Below are positions 54,419 through 64,000 of a DNA stretch of 64,000 nt, in pieces (position 1 is the first letter of the stretch; each line of letters begins with the position of its first letter). The notes under the pieces are model-generated. The model saw only the letters and a list, made by a program, of their open reading frames with translations. It was not told the DNA's origin and ran no database searches. The stretch is from an uncultured Candidatus Saccharibacteria bacterium (GTDB lineage: Bacteria; Patescibacteriota; Minisyncoccia; Phycocordibacterales; CAIZLB01): NCBI GenBank assembly GCA_964368945.1, contig CAYJDM010000002.1, positions 21,386 to 85,385 of the forward strand, read 5' to 3'. The position numbers and the translations under genes were made by a program.

Positions 54419-54758
54419 CCCCTCCTCTATCTCGCGCATATGGCCTTGCTGAGCCCTGTGATTGATTTCTTACGCTTTTCCTTGGCTTTTATCCCCCCCC
54501 AATAAAAGACAAACTGTGGATAACTCAGTGGATATGTGTATAAAAGACAAATTTACTATTGGGTGTTTTGTCCCTGATCCGTGCCGCATATGAAATATAC
54601 GGCTAATTATAAAGCTCATCTAGAATAGTTAAATATAAGTCTTTGAAAATCACCTCATGTACTTTATCCACTTTGTTTCATGTGAAACTAAGTATGACTT
54701 TTTCACCACAATGTAGAATATTGCATATAACTCATATTATTAGCCATATAGTAGCATT

Positions 54759-55304
54759 TTGATCAATATTTCACATGTAACATGTTACATGTATAACATG
54801 GAAGAAATTGCTGAAAAACACTCAAAAAGACGGATAAAGACAGGGTCAATGGGCGAAAAGGCTGTAGATAGGCTCCTTAGCAGGTTTGGCTATACGAATA
54901 TCGCCAGGAATATGGCTCTATATAAGGGTAAAAAGATAGGGGAGATAGATATTTTATCCATAAAGAATGACGTCCTATACATTGTCGAGGTGCGTACGGG
55001 AAGGAATCCTTGGGACAGGGAAGATAGGCTGCCTCAAAGAAAGAGGCAGTCGCTCCTCAATATTCTAAAGGAGCTTTATGTTCTGAGGGCACAACTGCGG
55101 CACGACGTAGTGCATTCGCCTGATCCTGGGATTGATCTGCGATTCAGTCCTTCGGTCGATTTGGCCATACTCAACGAGGCCCTGGTATGTACTGGGAAGA
55201 TCGTAATGGTCCTCGCGGAGGTCAGATTGCCGTCCGGTTTTCCAAGGCCTTCGGCATCAAATAAGTGTCATATTGAATTTAGCCTAATACATCCATATTC
55301 ATAG
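54759..55304 (+). CDS. YraN/UPF0102-family PD-(D/E)xK nuclease-like protein. The start is probably internal, at about 54798 to 54849.
   Basis: ...GEKAVDRLLSRFGYTNIARNMALYKGKKIGEIDILSIKNDVLYIVEVRTGRNP matches the YraN core. Confidence 0.5.
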   Translation: MINISHVTCYMYNMEEIAEKHSKRRIKTGSMGEKAVDRLLSRFGYTNIARNMALYKGKKIGEIDILSIKNDVLYIVEVRTGRNPWDREDRLPQRKRQSLLNILKELYVLRAQLRHDVVHSPDPGIDLRFSPSVDLAILNEALVCTGKIVMVLAEVRLPSGFPRPSASNKCHIEFSLIHPYS

Positions 55305-55394
55305 CCTCCAAAGCGCTGGATTATTATTGAGGTATTAAAAGAAGTGTGATAAGCTAAGCCGGCTACAGTATTTGGAGCATGTCCAATAGCAAAT

Positions 55395-55467
55395 CGGGGC
55401 GTAGTGTAACGGTTAACATTCCTGTTTTGGGAACAGGCGACTCCGGGTTCGAATCCCGGCGCCCCGA
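55395..55467 (+). tRNA. tRNA-Pro (anticodon TGG)
   Basis: The acceptor is CGGGGCG/CGCCCCG, the anticodon loop is tuUGGga and the T-arm is CCGGGTTCGAATCCCGG. Confidence 0.8.
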
Positions 55468-55482
55468 CAAGTAGGTCACATT

Positions 55483-55890
55483 ATGACGAACCAGCCAAAA
55501 AAGAGTTTTTCAAAAAAGAAGGAGGATTTTGTTTGTGAAAAATGCGGAGCGGAAGTAAAAGGCAATGGATATACCAATCATTGTCCTATTTGCCTATGGA
55601 GCAAGCATGTGGATGTCATACCGGGGGATAGGCAAGCCTTGCTGACATGCGGCGGGCTAATGAAGCCGCTATCGATCGAAGGCACGACGGGCCAGGGATA
55701 TAGCGTCGTGCATGAATGCATCAAATGCGGTCATAGAAAGAAAAACGGCCTTTCGAAAAAAGACAATGAGGATGTGGTGCTCGCGGTGATCAAGGCGGAC
55801 GTAGAAAAAAAGCTCAATCAGCCAGGATCGAATGCCGTTCCAAACCAAAGCAAGAGAAAGACTTCCAAGCTGATGCGAAAAAGGGTTTAG
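55483..55890 (+). CDS. RNHCP-domain zinc-ribbon protein
   Basis: ...CEKCGAEVKGNGYTNHCPICLWSKHVD...HECIKCGH shows the RNHCP signature N-H-C-P and the flanking Cys pairs. Confidence 0.5.
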   Translation: MTNQPKKSFSKKKEDFVCEKCGAEVKGNGYTNHCPICLWSKHVDVIPGDRQALLTCGGLMKPLSIEGTTGQGYSVVHECIKCGHRKKNGLSKKDNEDVVLAVIKADVEKKLNQPGSNAVPNQSKRKTSKLMRKRV

Positions 55891-55905
55891 CGCCGAACTG
55901 CCGAT

Positions 55906-57249
55906 TTAAAGAAGATTCGCTTTCACTGTCTGCAAATATCGAGATTCGAAAATCTGCTTCAATGACGATCCATCGCCATTCATAAGCTCCACGAGGCTGA
56001 TTCCTGCCTGCTGGAGCAGGGAAGAGCTGATATGGTCGAGGCTGATGCCGCGTATATACGTCCTGTCGGGATTCTGCGTAGGGATAACGTTGGCGATCAG
56101 TCCGATGAGATGGTTGCCCGAATCGACGATCGCTCCGCCGGAAGATCCGCTTTTGCCAATGCTGCTGGCTGACGTTTCGAGAAGGTCTTTGCCATTTCCT
56201 TGCCCAGAGAATCCGAAAAGGTCTCTGATCGATAGCTGGTCCTGCTTTTTTAATAAAGAATTAGAGTCGCCGCTCAGAATAGGGTAGCCGATTGCGGTTA
56301 TCTGCTGTCCAATCGCCAATCCAGGGCTAAAAGAATGGTTCGAGCTAGAATTCGCATTCAATGCGAATAATTCGAGAGGATTAGTCGTTTTTCCGTTGCG
56401 GGTCATTATCGGCGTAGCGAATTTGAGGATGTCGCCAGGGTTGGAGGCCTTGAGGATTGAAAAATCCCCTTCGCCAGAGTCTATGCTGATCGTTCCGCTG
56501 GTCTCTCCTCGATGTCGATCGGTCCATGTCGAAGACATATAGATGAAGGAAAGCTGATGCGAAGTCTGGGCAGGGGAGCCTGATCGTATCTTGCAAGACC
56601 AGCCAACGTTTGCAGCATTGCCCGTATTGCCATATGCAGCGATGAATGGATGGATTCCTACATGCGCATTCGTCAGGATCAAGCCTGAAGAACTGATCAA
56701 GACGCCGCTGCTCGATATCTGCTTTATGTTTTTTCCAATTGTCTGAGAACAAAGGATATTCACCACTGCCGTAGATGGATTATCGTTCTTGCCAGCGACC
56801 GGAGTATTAAGCGGATTCGCCACAGGCTTAAGCACGGGCAGATCTAGTGGATTGACTATAGTGGACGCGGGCGGCGTTATGATGGGCTTAGGAACGACCA
56901 CAGAAGATCTGGGCGCATTCGTGGTCATCGATGCCTTTGTAGCCATAGGATTATTCGAGATGGGCTTGAGGATTGGCGCAAACAATCGGAATTCATTCAG
57001 GGCTTTTACGCTAAAGACATTGTTTCGATTCGCATTTCTTGCGGTCTGCAGAGCTGGCACTGCCGATGCCGAATTATTGAATTCATGCGCTGAAAAAGAG
57101 GGGAGAGTGGCCTGGTCATTTATGAAAATGGCTATTCCGAGCAATGCCACAAGACCGGTAAGCAAGACGAAAAACTTGGATGAGAACTCGGAAGGGGCAT
57201 TGGGGTCTTTCGATGTTTCGGCCTGGCCCTGGTCGTTTTCCTGCTTATT
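55906..57249 (-). CDS. Membrane-anchored trypsin-like serine protease (S1/HtrA-like). The start is trimmed to MNKQEND..., because the longer ORF to 57435 runs through the opposite-strand tRNA.
   Basis: The catalytic motifs are TNAHV (His) and GSSGGAIVD (Ser). An N-terminal transmembrane helix LLTGLVALLGIAIF is present. Confidence 0.7.
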   Translation of the reverse strand, partial: NKQENDQGQAETSKDPNAPSEFSSKFFVLLTGLVALLGIAIFINDQATLPSFSAHEFNNSASAVPALQTARNANRNNVFSVKALNEFRLFAPILKPISNNPMATKASMTTNAPRSSVVVPKPIITPPASTIVNPLDLPVLKPVANPLNTPVAGKNDNPSTAVVNILCSQTIGKNIKQISSSGVLISSSGLILTNAHVGIHPFIAAYGNTGNAANVGWSCKIRSGSPAQTSHQLSFIYMSSTWTDRHRGETSGTISIDSGEGDFSILKASNPGDILKFATPIMTRNGKTTNPLELFALNANSSSNHSFSPGLAIGQQITAIGYPILSGDSNSLLKKQDQLSIRDLFGFSGQGNGKDLLETSASSIGKSGSSGGAIVDSGNHLIGLIANVIPTQNPDRTYIRGISLDHISSSLLQQAGISLVELMNGDGSSLKQIFESRYLQTVKANLL

Positions 57250-57362
57250 CATTTGCCCATAGTATATCAAAAATGGCAAAGATACACGGCCTTTGAAGCA
57301 TGTCTTTGGAAATTGTATTTTTTCCTCCATTCTGATATATTGGGTTGGTTCGATAAATTCAT

Positions 57363-57433
57363 TGCGGGATTGGTTTAGTGGCAGAACTGCAGTTTTCCAA
57401 ACTGTAGGCGCCGGTTCGATTCCGGCATCCCGC
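57363..57433 (+). tRNA. tRNA-Gly (anticodon TCC); CCA is encoded at 57434-57436
   Basis: The acceptor is GCGGGAT/ATCCCGC, the anticodon loop is uuUCCaa and the T-arm is GCCGGTTCGATTCCGGC. Confidence 0.85.
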
Positions 57434-57440
57434 ACCAGAC

Positions 57441-57466
57441 GAAAGAGCGCCTCCAGGGCGCTTTTT
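57441..57466 (+). terminator. Intrinsic terminator after tRNA-Gly(TCC)
   Basis: The stem agcgcc / ggcgct has loop tccag and is followed by ttttt. Confidence 0.65.
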
Positions 57467-57497
57467 CATCGGCCGGATTTTATGAGAAGATATATCC

Positions 57498-57785
57498 ATG
57501 CTCGAACTCACACCTTTTGATTTCTTAAGTTCAGGAAAAGGAGATGGCAAAAGCGCATCGTATGGGATCTTCATGGTCTTATGGGCGGCTTTTCTTTTTT
57601 TCGGAGGAGAAATCATCGGCGGACTTCTCGTTCTTGCAGCATGGATCCTGCCGATGATATTCGAAATGATTTTCCCAGGATTTTATGATTCGTGGATCTA
57701 TAAGACGATTGTCGGCACAGCCATAGTCATTGCCATGATCTGCGTATTATTTTGGATCTACAGGGATTTTATACAAGTAGCGTAA
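57498..57785 (+). CDS. Small integral membrane protein, hypothetical
   Basis: It has two to three transmembrane helices. The evidence is an ORF only. Confidence 0.3.
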   Translation: MLELTPFDFLSSGKGDGKSASYGIFMVLWAAFLFFGGEIIGGLLVLAAWILPMIFEMIFPGFYDSWIYKTIVGTAIVIAMICVLFWIYRDFIQVA

Positions 57786-57798
57786 TAACAATATACCC

Positions 57799-57999
57799 AT
57801 GTCACCATTGCACGATATGAATTGGCATACCAAATGGATAAGCGATAAATTGTTCTATGGATTTTTTGGCGCAGCTGCAGTGATTCTGCTTCTGGCAGGA
57901 AAATATGATTTGGCGATTGGGGCAGTCTTGATCGCGCTCTTCGAGGGCATATTCAATTTTATTTTTGGAATAAAGGACGATAGCGAAGATGGAAAGTGA
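57799..57999 (+). CDS. Small integral membrane protein, hypothetical
   Basis: It has two transmembrane helices. The evidence is an ORF only. Confidence 0.3.
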   Translation: MSPLHDMNWHTKWISDKLFYGFFGAAAVILLLAGKYDLAIGAVLIALFEGIFNFIFGIKDDSEDGK

Positions 58000-58021
58000 T
58001 TGCAATGCTCCGATTCAGACA

Positions 58022-58062
58022 AACGAAAAACCTCCGGTGGTGTTCGGAGGTTTTTCGTTTTG
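58022..58062. terminator. Bidirectional terminator between the small membrane-protein genes and hup
   Basis: The hairpin aacgaaaaacctccg...cggaggtttttcgtt is the evidence. Confidence 0.7.
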
Positions 58063-58086
58063 AATCGTGAGACTCAATAATTGCAA

Positions 58087-58359
58087 TTATCGAACCGCAT
58101 CCTTGAGAGCCTTCGCTGCTCGGAACTTCGGAACCTTCATCGCCGCAACTTTTACCATTTCGCCAGTTCGAGGGTTTCGAGCTGATCGAGCTGCGCGCTG
58201 CTTTGCAGAGAAAATACCGAAGCCTGCGATTGAAACCTCAGCTCCCTTCTTGAGAGAAGCCGTGATTGAATCGAAGACGAGGTCAACAATGGATTCAGCC
58301 TGAACCTTTGTTGTTCCTAGCGCTTCATTTACTTTGTCTACGAGTGCTGCTTTGTTCAT
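58087..58359 (-). CDS. hup: DNA-binding protein HU
   Basis: The sequence MNKAALVDKVNEALGTTKVQAESIVDLVFDSI...GFGIFSAKQRAARSARNPRTGEMVKV is an HU signature. The longer ORF to 58578 is upstream read-through. Confidence 0.9.
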   Translation of the reverse strand: MNKAALVDKVNEALGTTKVQAESIVDLVFDSITASLKKGAEVSIAGFGIFSAKQRAARSARNPRTGEMVKVAAMKVPKFRAAKALKDAVR

Positions 58360-58809
58360 TTTATATTTGTGGTGGTAAATTTTTAAATCGTTCGACCGGA
58401 ACGGGTATCGGAATAAATTATATAGTAAGCCGTATTTTGAAGCAACAGTCTTGCGCAATGGGCAAAAGAGATGTGTAAAACCTCCGGACTGCTCCGAGCT
58501 ATCCATCCTGTGGGCAGGGGAGCCGGAACGACATATATTTTGCCAGGCTTTTCTATAAATAACCATATTCTTAGCCATATAATTAGTGAAAATAAAAACA
58601 TCCGAGCTTCGCAGCCGGATGTTTATGATCGTCAGGAGCTACCCTGGTTTGCCTTGCCGGCACCCTTCAGCGTCTTTCGATGCTTCTTGATGCGGGCCGC
58701 ATTTCACGACCTATATGAAGTTTTGATAAATCATTCGACTAATGTTGAATCGATCTATGATTATTGCTCGGATTCAGTCCTAGAAATTGCCATCTCGGCC
58801 CTGTCTAGT

Positions 58810-59925
58810 CTATCTATTGAATTGTGCTGCACCGATCGTCTTGAAGTCCTCGAGACCGTATGTCTGCGTAACGACTCCATTTCCTGCATTCCATTTGATT
58901 CCCGTAATGAATGCATTGTATAGCCCTGATGTCGGGATATTCGCCGAATTGGCCATTGCAGTAACGGTAACGTTAGCGGTTGATCCGTCAGCGATGTCCT
59001 GGTTTGGAATCACGACTACGCTTTTTGAACCGCTGGGATAGCTTGCCGTTCCATTCCAGAACATGACTGTGAAGTCATTCGATGTCGGCATTACCACATT
59101 TCTTCCCAAGGCTTGAACGGTCATTGGGAATGTCGCGATAAGCGATGGAGAGCTTCCCGTTGCATTGTTCGCTGCTTGCGCAGTGATAGTAGGGGAAGAT
59201 GCTAGCTTATACAGGGCGACCGCAGTATATAGATACTGAGGAGATCCCCATATGCCATTCGCTGCCGTCGCGACGGTTCCATTTCCTCTATCGTATACCG
59301 CAGGCGCGACCCCTATTGTGACGTTGCTTCCATTAGGCGTATTCGAAGGAAAATCAGCTTTGATCGTCAAGGTCTTCGTAGTATCTTTCTGTACCATGAC
59401 TCTGATATTGTCGAATATTATCGTTCCGTTCGAAAGAACGCTTCTGGAGCTTAGCAATGTTGATCCATCATAGAGGTGGATCGTCGCTGGCTTAGTCCCG
59501 GAAGCTGTCACTGTCAGGTTCGTGATCGTCGATGCGCCAATCTCTGATCTCACATTGAAATTGAGCAAGGGCGCGGCAACAAGGCCGTCGATCGTCGAAA
59601 CCCGATAATTCGTTGATCGCAATGGATTTGCCGATTGCGACATCGTCAGCACTGAAGGCGTCGTGGATGCGGGAGGAGTCTGCGTTATTTTCGCGACGCA
59701 TTTGCCCATTCCCATTCCAGATCCATCCGTTAAGCATTTGATTACATCGATCAACTGATCCCTGTTGAGGGGGTTGAGCACGGCATAATCCGTGCCTCTG
59801 ACATCAAACGCTCCAGCGACTGCCGCACTCTGGCTTCCAGGATGTGCAGAAGACATTGCCGGCCCGATAATGATTGCAAGCAATAAAGCCGCACCGAGAA
59901 CCGATTTCTCGATAATTTGTTTCAT
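58810..59925 (-). CDS. Secreted Thr/Ser/Asn-rich beta-rich protein, hypothetical (possible surface protein)
   Basis: A signal peptide (LLLAIIIGPAMSSAHP) is followed by a 340-aa low-hydrophobicity region with no family signal. Confidence 0.45.
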   Translation of the reverse strand: MKQIIEKSVLGAALLLAIIIGPAMSSAHPGSQSAAVAGAFDVRGTDYAVLNPLNRDQLIDVIKCLTDGSGMGMGKCVAKITQTPPASTTPSVLTMSQSANPLRSTNYRVSTIDGLVAAPLLNFNVRSEIGASTITNLTVTASGTKPATIHLYDGSTLLSSRSVLSNGTIIFDNIRVMVQKDTTKTLTIKADFPSNTPNGSNVTIGVAPAVYDRGNGTVATAANGIWGSPQYLYTAVALYKLASSPTITAQAANNATGSSPSLIATFPMTVQALGRNVVMPTSNDFTVMFWNGTASYPSGSKSVVVIPNQDIADGSTANVTVTAMANSANIPTSGLYNAFITGIKWNAGNGVVTQTYGLEDFKTIGAAQFNR

Positions 59926-60112
59926 TTTTGTTTATTCTGATTTAAGGATAAGGAACTGCTGAATCTTCTCTGGGACGTTGCAGTCATTGTATCACGGCCT
60001 TCATGAAGCCGTTTTATTTTTTAAAGAATGTTGGGGAAAAGAAATGAAAAATCCCTCCGATGCTTTTGGCGGTGGAAGGATTTTTCGTCAATTGACTGTC
60101 TGTCTGAATTTT

Positions 60113-60700
60113 TTATAGGATCTTGTCGATGATTCCGTACTTTTTTCCTTCTTCTGCAGTCATATAATAGTCTCGGTCTATGTCTTTTTCTACCTTCTCG
60201 ACAGTCTGACCGCAGTTCTTGGCCATGATTTCAGCCAATCGCTTGCGGAGCTTGAGGATATTCTTGGCTCGGATCTCGATATCAGTCGCCTGGCCTTCCG
60301 CGCCTCCCAATGGCTGATGGATCATGATCTCGGAATTCTGCAGAGCATATCGCTTGCCTTTTGCACCTGCAGACAAAAGCCATGCGCCGCCTGAAGCAGC
60401 CATGCCGATGCAGATCGTAGAAACATCATTCTTTATATGGTTGATGGTATCGATCATGGCCAAAGTCGCCGAAGCGGATCCTCCTGGAGAGTTGATATAG
60501 AGGCTGATATCCTTCTTTGGATTCTCAGACTGGAGGAAAAGCAGCTGGGCGATGACGATATTCGCCACATTGTCATCGATAGGACCGCCGAGGAAAATGA
60601 TATTTTCCCGGAGGAGGCGAGAGTAGATATCGTATGCTCGCTCGCCGTTTTGAGTCTTCTCAATTACTGTTGGTATTAACATGGTTAGAGTGTACCGCAA
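60113..60700 (-). CDS. clpP: ATP-dependent Clp protease proteolytic subunit
   Basis: ...[18 protein letters not shown]...[16 protein letters not shown]...MIHQPLGG shows the Ser and His catalytic residues in context. Confidence 0.9.
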   Translation of the reverse strand: MRYTLTMLIPTVIEKTQNGERAYDIYSRLLRENIIFLGGPIDDNVANIVIAQLLFLQSENPKKDISLYINSPGGSASATLAMIDTINHIKNDVSTICIGMAASGGAWLLSAGAKGKRYALQNSEIMIHQPLGGAEGQATDIEIRAKNILKLRKRLAEIMAKNCGQTVEKVEKDIDRDYYMTAEEGKKYGIIDKIL

Positions 60701-60758
60701 CTGCCGAAAATGGCCAAGTTCAGCGTTTTGAGGTTAAAAACAAAGCAAATCGAAGGAT

Positions 60759-61064
60759 TCAGTAATTCATGGCGTTTAGTGACATGCTGATCGCAGCAAT
60801 TATGGCCAGAACGATTCCGGTAAAAAAAATCCTGCTCCCCACACTCATCTTCCGAGGCAATGCGCTTGCGGCCTCAGGCATGGTATCGTGTTTAAATGAT
60901 TGCGCGCTTATGAACAAGCCGATTATGCCCATTGTTAAAAAAAAGATGCCCAAAATGCTGACAAATCCCGTACCTCTCCCGTGTCTTTGCTCAAGCCAAA
61001 TAGCCCCAATTCCGAGTGTGAGTACTCCCAAGCAAGCAAGTAAAACGAGTATCTTTTTGATCAT
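60759..61064 (-). CDS. Small membrane protein, hypothetical
   Basis: It has three transmembrane helices. The evidence is an ORF only. Confidence 0.3.
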   Translation of the reverse strand: MIKKILVLLACLGVLTLGIGAIWLEQRHGRGTGFVSILGIFFLTMGIIGLFISAQSFKHDTMPEAASALPRKMSVGSRIFFTGIVLAIIAAISMSLNAMNY

Positions 61065-61116
61065 GTAGATATTTTACCAGATATTAACTATACTTGATGG
61101 GAATTTAATCAAGATT

Positions 61117-61824
61117 ATGCGCATACATCGCTTTTATATAGAAAACTTCACAGGTAACGAGAATTCCGAGCTTCATATAGAGGACGAAGCCTTGCTGCAT
61201 CAGTGGCGAGACATATTTCGCATGAAGGTGGGCGATGAGCTAGCCATTTTCAACGCTATGGAAGGGGAATGGCTTGCTCGAATCGTTTCTATAGACAAAA
61301 AAACCGGAGCCAAGCTGGAACTCATCAATCGATTGCGCGACGCCGCAGATGCCATGCCAAAGACCGAAATGGCTTTATATATGGCTATAATAAAGAATAG
61401 CAACTTCGATCTCGTCGTCGAAAAGGCAACCGAGCTAGGCGTTTCAAATATAATCCCTGTCACTACAGAGCGAACCGTAAAGACCAATCTCAACTTCGAC
61501 CGTCTTAATAAGCTCATTTCCGAAGCCGCAGAGCAAAGCGGCCGCATCGATCGTCCGGATATTTCAGAAATAATGACTCTGTCGGATGCGATCGCGCATG
61601 CCAAGCAGAGCTGTGCGGAACTTTTCTTTGGTCATATTGATGAAAACCCTTCCGAATCGACCCGTCCAACTGCAAGCACAGCCTTATTCATAGGTCCAGA
61701 AGGAGGCTGGAGCGAAATAGAAATAACCCAACTCCAGAACGAAGGCGTGAAACCGATCTCTCTCGGCCAATTCGTATTGCGCGCAGAGACGGCTGCAATC
61801 GTCGGCATTTCTAAGCTGGCCTAA
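61117..61824 (+). CDS. rsmE: 16S rRNA (uracil1498-N3)-methyltransferase RsmE family
   Basis: An N-terminal PUA-like region MRIHRFYIE... is followed by a SPOUT domain GPEGGWSEIEI... near the C-terminus. Confidence 0.8.
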   Translation: MRIHRFYIENFTGNENSELHIEDEALLHQWRDIFRMKVGDELAIFNAMEGEWLARIVSIDKKTGAKLELINRLRDAADAMPKTEMALYMAIIKNSNFDLVVEKATELGVSNIIPVTTERTVKTNLNFDRLNKLISEAAEQSGRIDRPDISEIMTLSDAIAHAKQSCAELFFGHIDENPSESTRPTASTALFIGPEGGWSEIEITQLQNEGVKPISLGQFVLRAETAAIVGISKLA

Positions 61825-61838
61825 ACGCGCAGCAAAGC

Positions 61839-62153
61839 CTAAGCGTGCGGCAGACTCAGCATCACCATTCCTGCAGACAGGATAAATAGGCCAAAGAATA
61901 TGGCCGCCAAAGTCATCTGCCTATTCGCGCGATCATAATTCGCCGCATCGCCAGCAGCGATCCTTTTTCTAAATAGAAAATACGCGCAAAATCCGGCAAT
62001 CACTAAGTGAATACCCAAAGCCCAGCCAATCGATCTGATATATCCATAGGAATGGCCCTCTGTTACGAAGCGATATATGAAACCGATAGCCACTTTGTAA
62101 AAGAAGCAGAAATAGATGAAACAGATCGCAAAGATGATTCGTAGGGTTGTCAT
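61839..62153 (-). CDS. Small membrane protein, hypothetical
   Basis: It has three transmembrane helices. The evidence is an ORF only. Confidence 0.3.
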   Translation of the reverse strand: MTTLRIIFAICFIYFCFFYKVAIGFIYRFVTEGHSYGYIRSIGWALGIHLVIAGFCAYFLFRKRIAAGDAANYDRANRQMTLAAIFFGLFILSAGMVMLSLPHA

Positions 62154-62180
62154 ATCCTTATTTTACAGCGTATTTTCGAT

Positions 62181-63125
62181 TTATGCATTAGATCCGCCCT
62201 GTGCATTTGCATCGTCCTCTCTCGCCTCATCTCCATTGGTATTCGCAATGAGGTTCCTGTTCATCGGTTGCACGGCATCAGTTTGATTCAGCGCATCGTT
62301 TGCTGTGCTATTTGTTACACCGGGATTTGCCGGCTTCTGCTTGGCGGTGCTCCCAAGCATTTTTTGATAAAAGCCAACATTGCCCCAGTTCATCTCGAAG
62401 ATCTGCCGCATAATCTTGGCGATCTCGGGATTTTCGATGATGACGAACATTTCCTCGTCAAAAAGGGTGAAACGCACGAAGTTGCGGTTGATATCGATGG
62501 ACGAGGTCGCCGAATACATATCCAATGGGAGGACTTTGACGTCTCGGCCATTCTCCTCATCTTCTGAGCGCCACCTCCGCAACGATTCATGGTCCGGAGC
62601 AAAGGCACGCATTTTGACCCCATTTCTGGTAATGCGAGTCATGAATTCATCTATGCTATGCACCATAGCAGGATTTACCTTCTGTCCCGAAGCGAAATAG
62701 CAGAGCATCTCGCCATCATCGATGATCTCATTTTCCTTATAGGCCATGGCCTGCTCATATCCCTGAACCCCTTCATAATAGGTGACTATGGCCTTGCGAT
62801 TGCCTTTTTTGGCCAGATTCTTGAGTACGGGCAAATCATAAAAGGCTTGGTTAAGCCGTAGTTTGGCAGCCTCAAAGAGGGAATCGGGGTCTTTTGCCGA
62901 ATAAAGCTTCTTTTTAGCCCCAGGAAGGAAAAGCACGGCTTCTTTCTTGCGCAATTCGTCTAGGATTACATAGGTTGTCGGCTTTTTGAGGCCTGATTTC
63001 AGGCTTATCTCTCTGACAGCGCTCGGTCCAAGCTCCAATAAGGCCAAATACACCTCGGCTTCCTTGTCATTGAAGCCGAGGTTTTTGAGGGGTGTTTTGA
63101 GATATTTGGTAGTTTCGATGGCCAT
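62181..63125 (-). CDS. TrmB-family transcriptional regulator (sugar-responsive type)
   Basis: The N-terminal winged HTH LGFNDKEAEVYLALLELGPSAVREISLKSGLKKPTTYVILDELRKK is followed by a C-terminal effector domain. Confidence 0.7.
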   Translation of the reverse strand: MAIETTKYLKTPLKNLGFNDKEAEVYLALLELGPSAVREISLKSGLKKPTTYVILDELRKKEAVLFLPGAKKKLYSAKDPDSLFEAAKLRLNQAFYDLPVLKNLAKKGNRKAIVTYYEGVQGYEQAMAYKENEIIDDGEMLCYFASGQKVNPAMVHSIDEFMTRITRNGVKMRAFAPDHESLRRWRSEDEENGRDVKVLPLDMYSATSSIDINRNFVRFTLFDEEMFVIIENPEIAKIMRQIFEMNWGNVGFYQKMLGSTAKQKPANPGVTNSTANDALNQTDAVQPMNRNLIANTNGDEAREDDANAQGGSNA

Positions 63126-63314
63126 TGTTTTGGGCGGTTTTGTGTAAAAAATCCTGGCATTTGGCCGACTTTCCTTAATTCTACGCCTTGTGATGATTTA
63201 GTCAATATTTTTGATAAAAAAAATAATGTTCATTATACGTTTATATATAAGGTTGAAAATCAATATATAAATCAAAAACATTGAAACTATTGTTGACAAA
63301 TGTAGGATTGCCTC

Positions 63315-64000
63315 ATGAAAAACACAAAACAAACAAGGCTCAAGCTTTGGGCGGGGATCATAATCCTGGTCTTGATAGTCCTAGGCATTAGCCATTATGG
63401 TTCAAAGGAAGTGACCGGATCCAGCCAGGCTGCTGGTTCGAAAACGGAATTGAAGATCGGCGTATTGGCTGCTCTATCCGGCCAGTATGCGAGTGCTGGG
63501 GAAGGCTATAAGAACGGCGCCTTGCTGTCAGCCGACCTCTATCAAAAAGAGCACCCAGACATGAAGATCCAAATGGTCATAGAGGATGATGGCTTTACGG
63601 TCCAGAAAGGCCTAAGCGGCTTCAAAAAGCTGACCGAGCTCGACAAGGTTGATGCCATTATAGGCCTTTCGACCCCAGTAGTAGACGGCATTCATACGGA
63701 TATTCAGAAAGCTGGCCTGCCATATATGCAGTTCGGCCTCCAGAGCACGGGGTTGGCAGATGACAATATCTTCCAGGTTTCACCCATGCCCGCTACTTTG
63801 ATCATTGATTTCACCAAGTACTTCGATAAGGCGAACTCATTCAAGAAGATTGCGGTGGTCTATGAGAATACGAATTATGACCTGGAATTTTATGAAAACT
63901 TCAAGAAGACCTATACAGGTGAATATGAAGGGATGATATTGAGCAATAAGCAGGATACGGTCTCAGTGGGGACAAAGATCGCCAAAGGCTCATATGACGC
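63315..64000 (+). CDS. ABC transporter substrate-binding protein (type I periplasmic-binding fold, LivJ-like); the 3' end lies outside the window
   Basis: An N-terminal transmembrane or signal segment is followed by ...LKIGVLAALSGQYASAGEGYKNGALL..., typical of branched-chain amino-acid binding proteins. The ORF is still open at the window end. Confidence 0.6.
   Translation, partial: MKNTKQTRLKLWAGIIILVLIVLGISHYGSKEVTGSSQAAGSKTELKIGVLAALSGQYASAGEGYKNGALLSADLYQKEHPDMKIQMVIEDDGFTVQKGLSGFKKLTELDKVDAIIGLSTPVVDGIHTDIQKAGLPYMQFGLQSTGLADDNIFQVSPMPATLIIDFTKYFDKANSFKKIAVVYENTNYDLEFYENFKKTYTGEYEGMILSNKQDTVSVGTKIAKGSYD

Noticed and set aside
58360-58578. An N-terminal extension of HU, from the ORF as tracked (163 aa)
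   Set aside because: HU is about 90 aa and begins at MNKAALVDK. The upstream 73 codons are open intergenic sequence.
1-64000. CRISPR arrays, rRNA genes, transposases or prophage structural genes
   Set aside because: No short regularly spaced direct repeats were seen. No rRNA-like conserved stretches were seen. No transposase or integrase-like ORFs were recognised, other than the XerC/D-type recombinase in a housekeeping context.

Overview
The window is a 64-kb stretch of a compact, gene-dense bacterial chromosome, about 45-50% GC and read in the standard genetic code. Several housekeeping proteins carry low-complexity insertions. Peptidoglycan, type IV pilus and HU genes are present. The best fit is a Patescibacteria/CPR-like (possibly Saccharibacteria-like) lineage, but this is inference only.

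Landmarks:
- DNA repair, recombination and replication genes: ruvA, fpg, polA, tsaE, ruvB, ruvC, tyrS, a class A PBP, pcrA, comM, xerC/D-type recombinase, xth, cca, hup, clpP.
- The replication-origin neighbourhood: rpmH-rnpA-yidC diverging from dnaA, then dnaA-[DnaA-box cluster]-dnaN, followed by a small DUF721/DciA-like gene.
- Five tRNAs: Lys-TTT, Arg-TCG, Gly-GCC, Pro-TGG and Gly-TCC.
- The most striking feature is a ~15.6-kb minus-strand operon (25782-41417) encoding a Gram-positive-style type IV secretion-like apparatus. It has a VirB4 ATPase, a VirB6/TrbL-like polytopic protein with a long charged tail, a PrgI/VirB3-like protein, and secreted and anchored proteins of unknown function. 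It also has two paralogous proteins that share a near-identical pilin-like membrane module fused to different cell-wall hydrolase domains (3D versus CHAP). A 239-bp gene-conversion tract links the two paralogs. No relaxase or VirD4 coupling protein is present.

Further points of interest:
- Candidate structured or noncoding RNA regions upstream of ruvB and at 52.1-52.5 kb, plus a long leader before an M23 peptidase gene.
- A 166-bp nested inverted-repeat element between tyrS and the PBP gene.
- A tRNA-Gly 3'-end duplication that looks like an att-site remnant.
- An orphan MazF/PemK-like toxin gene beside tRNA-Lys.
- A high-GC patch carrying a divergent PurH-N-terminal-like (MGS) domain protein and a proline/glutamine-repeat lipoprotein.
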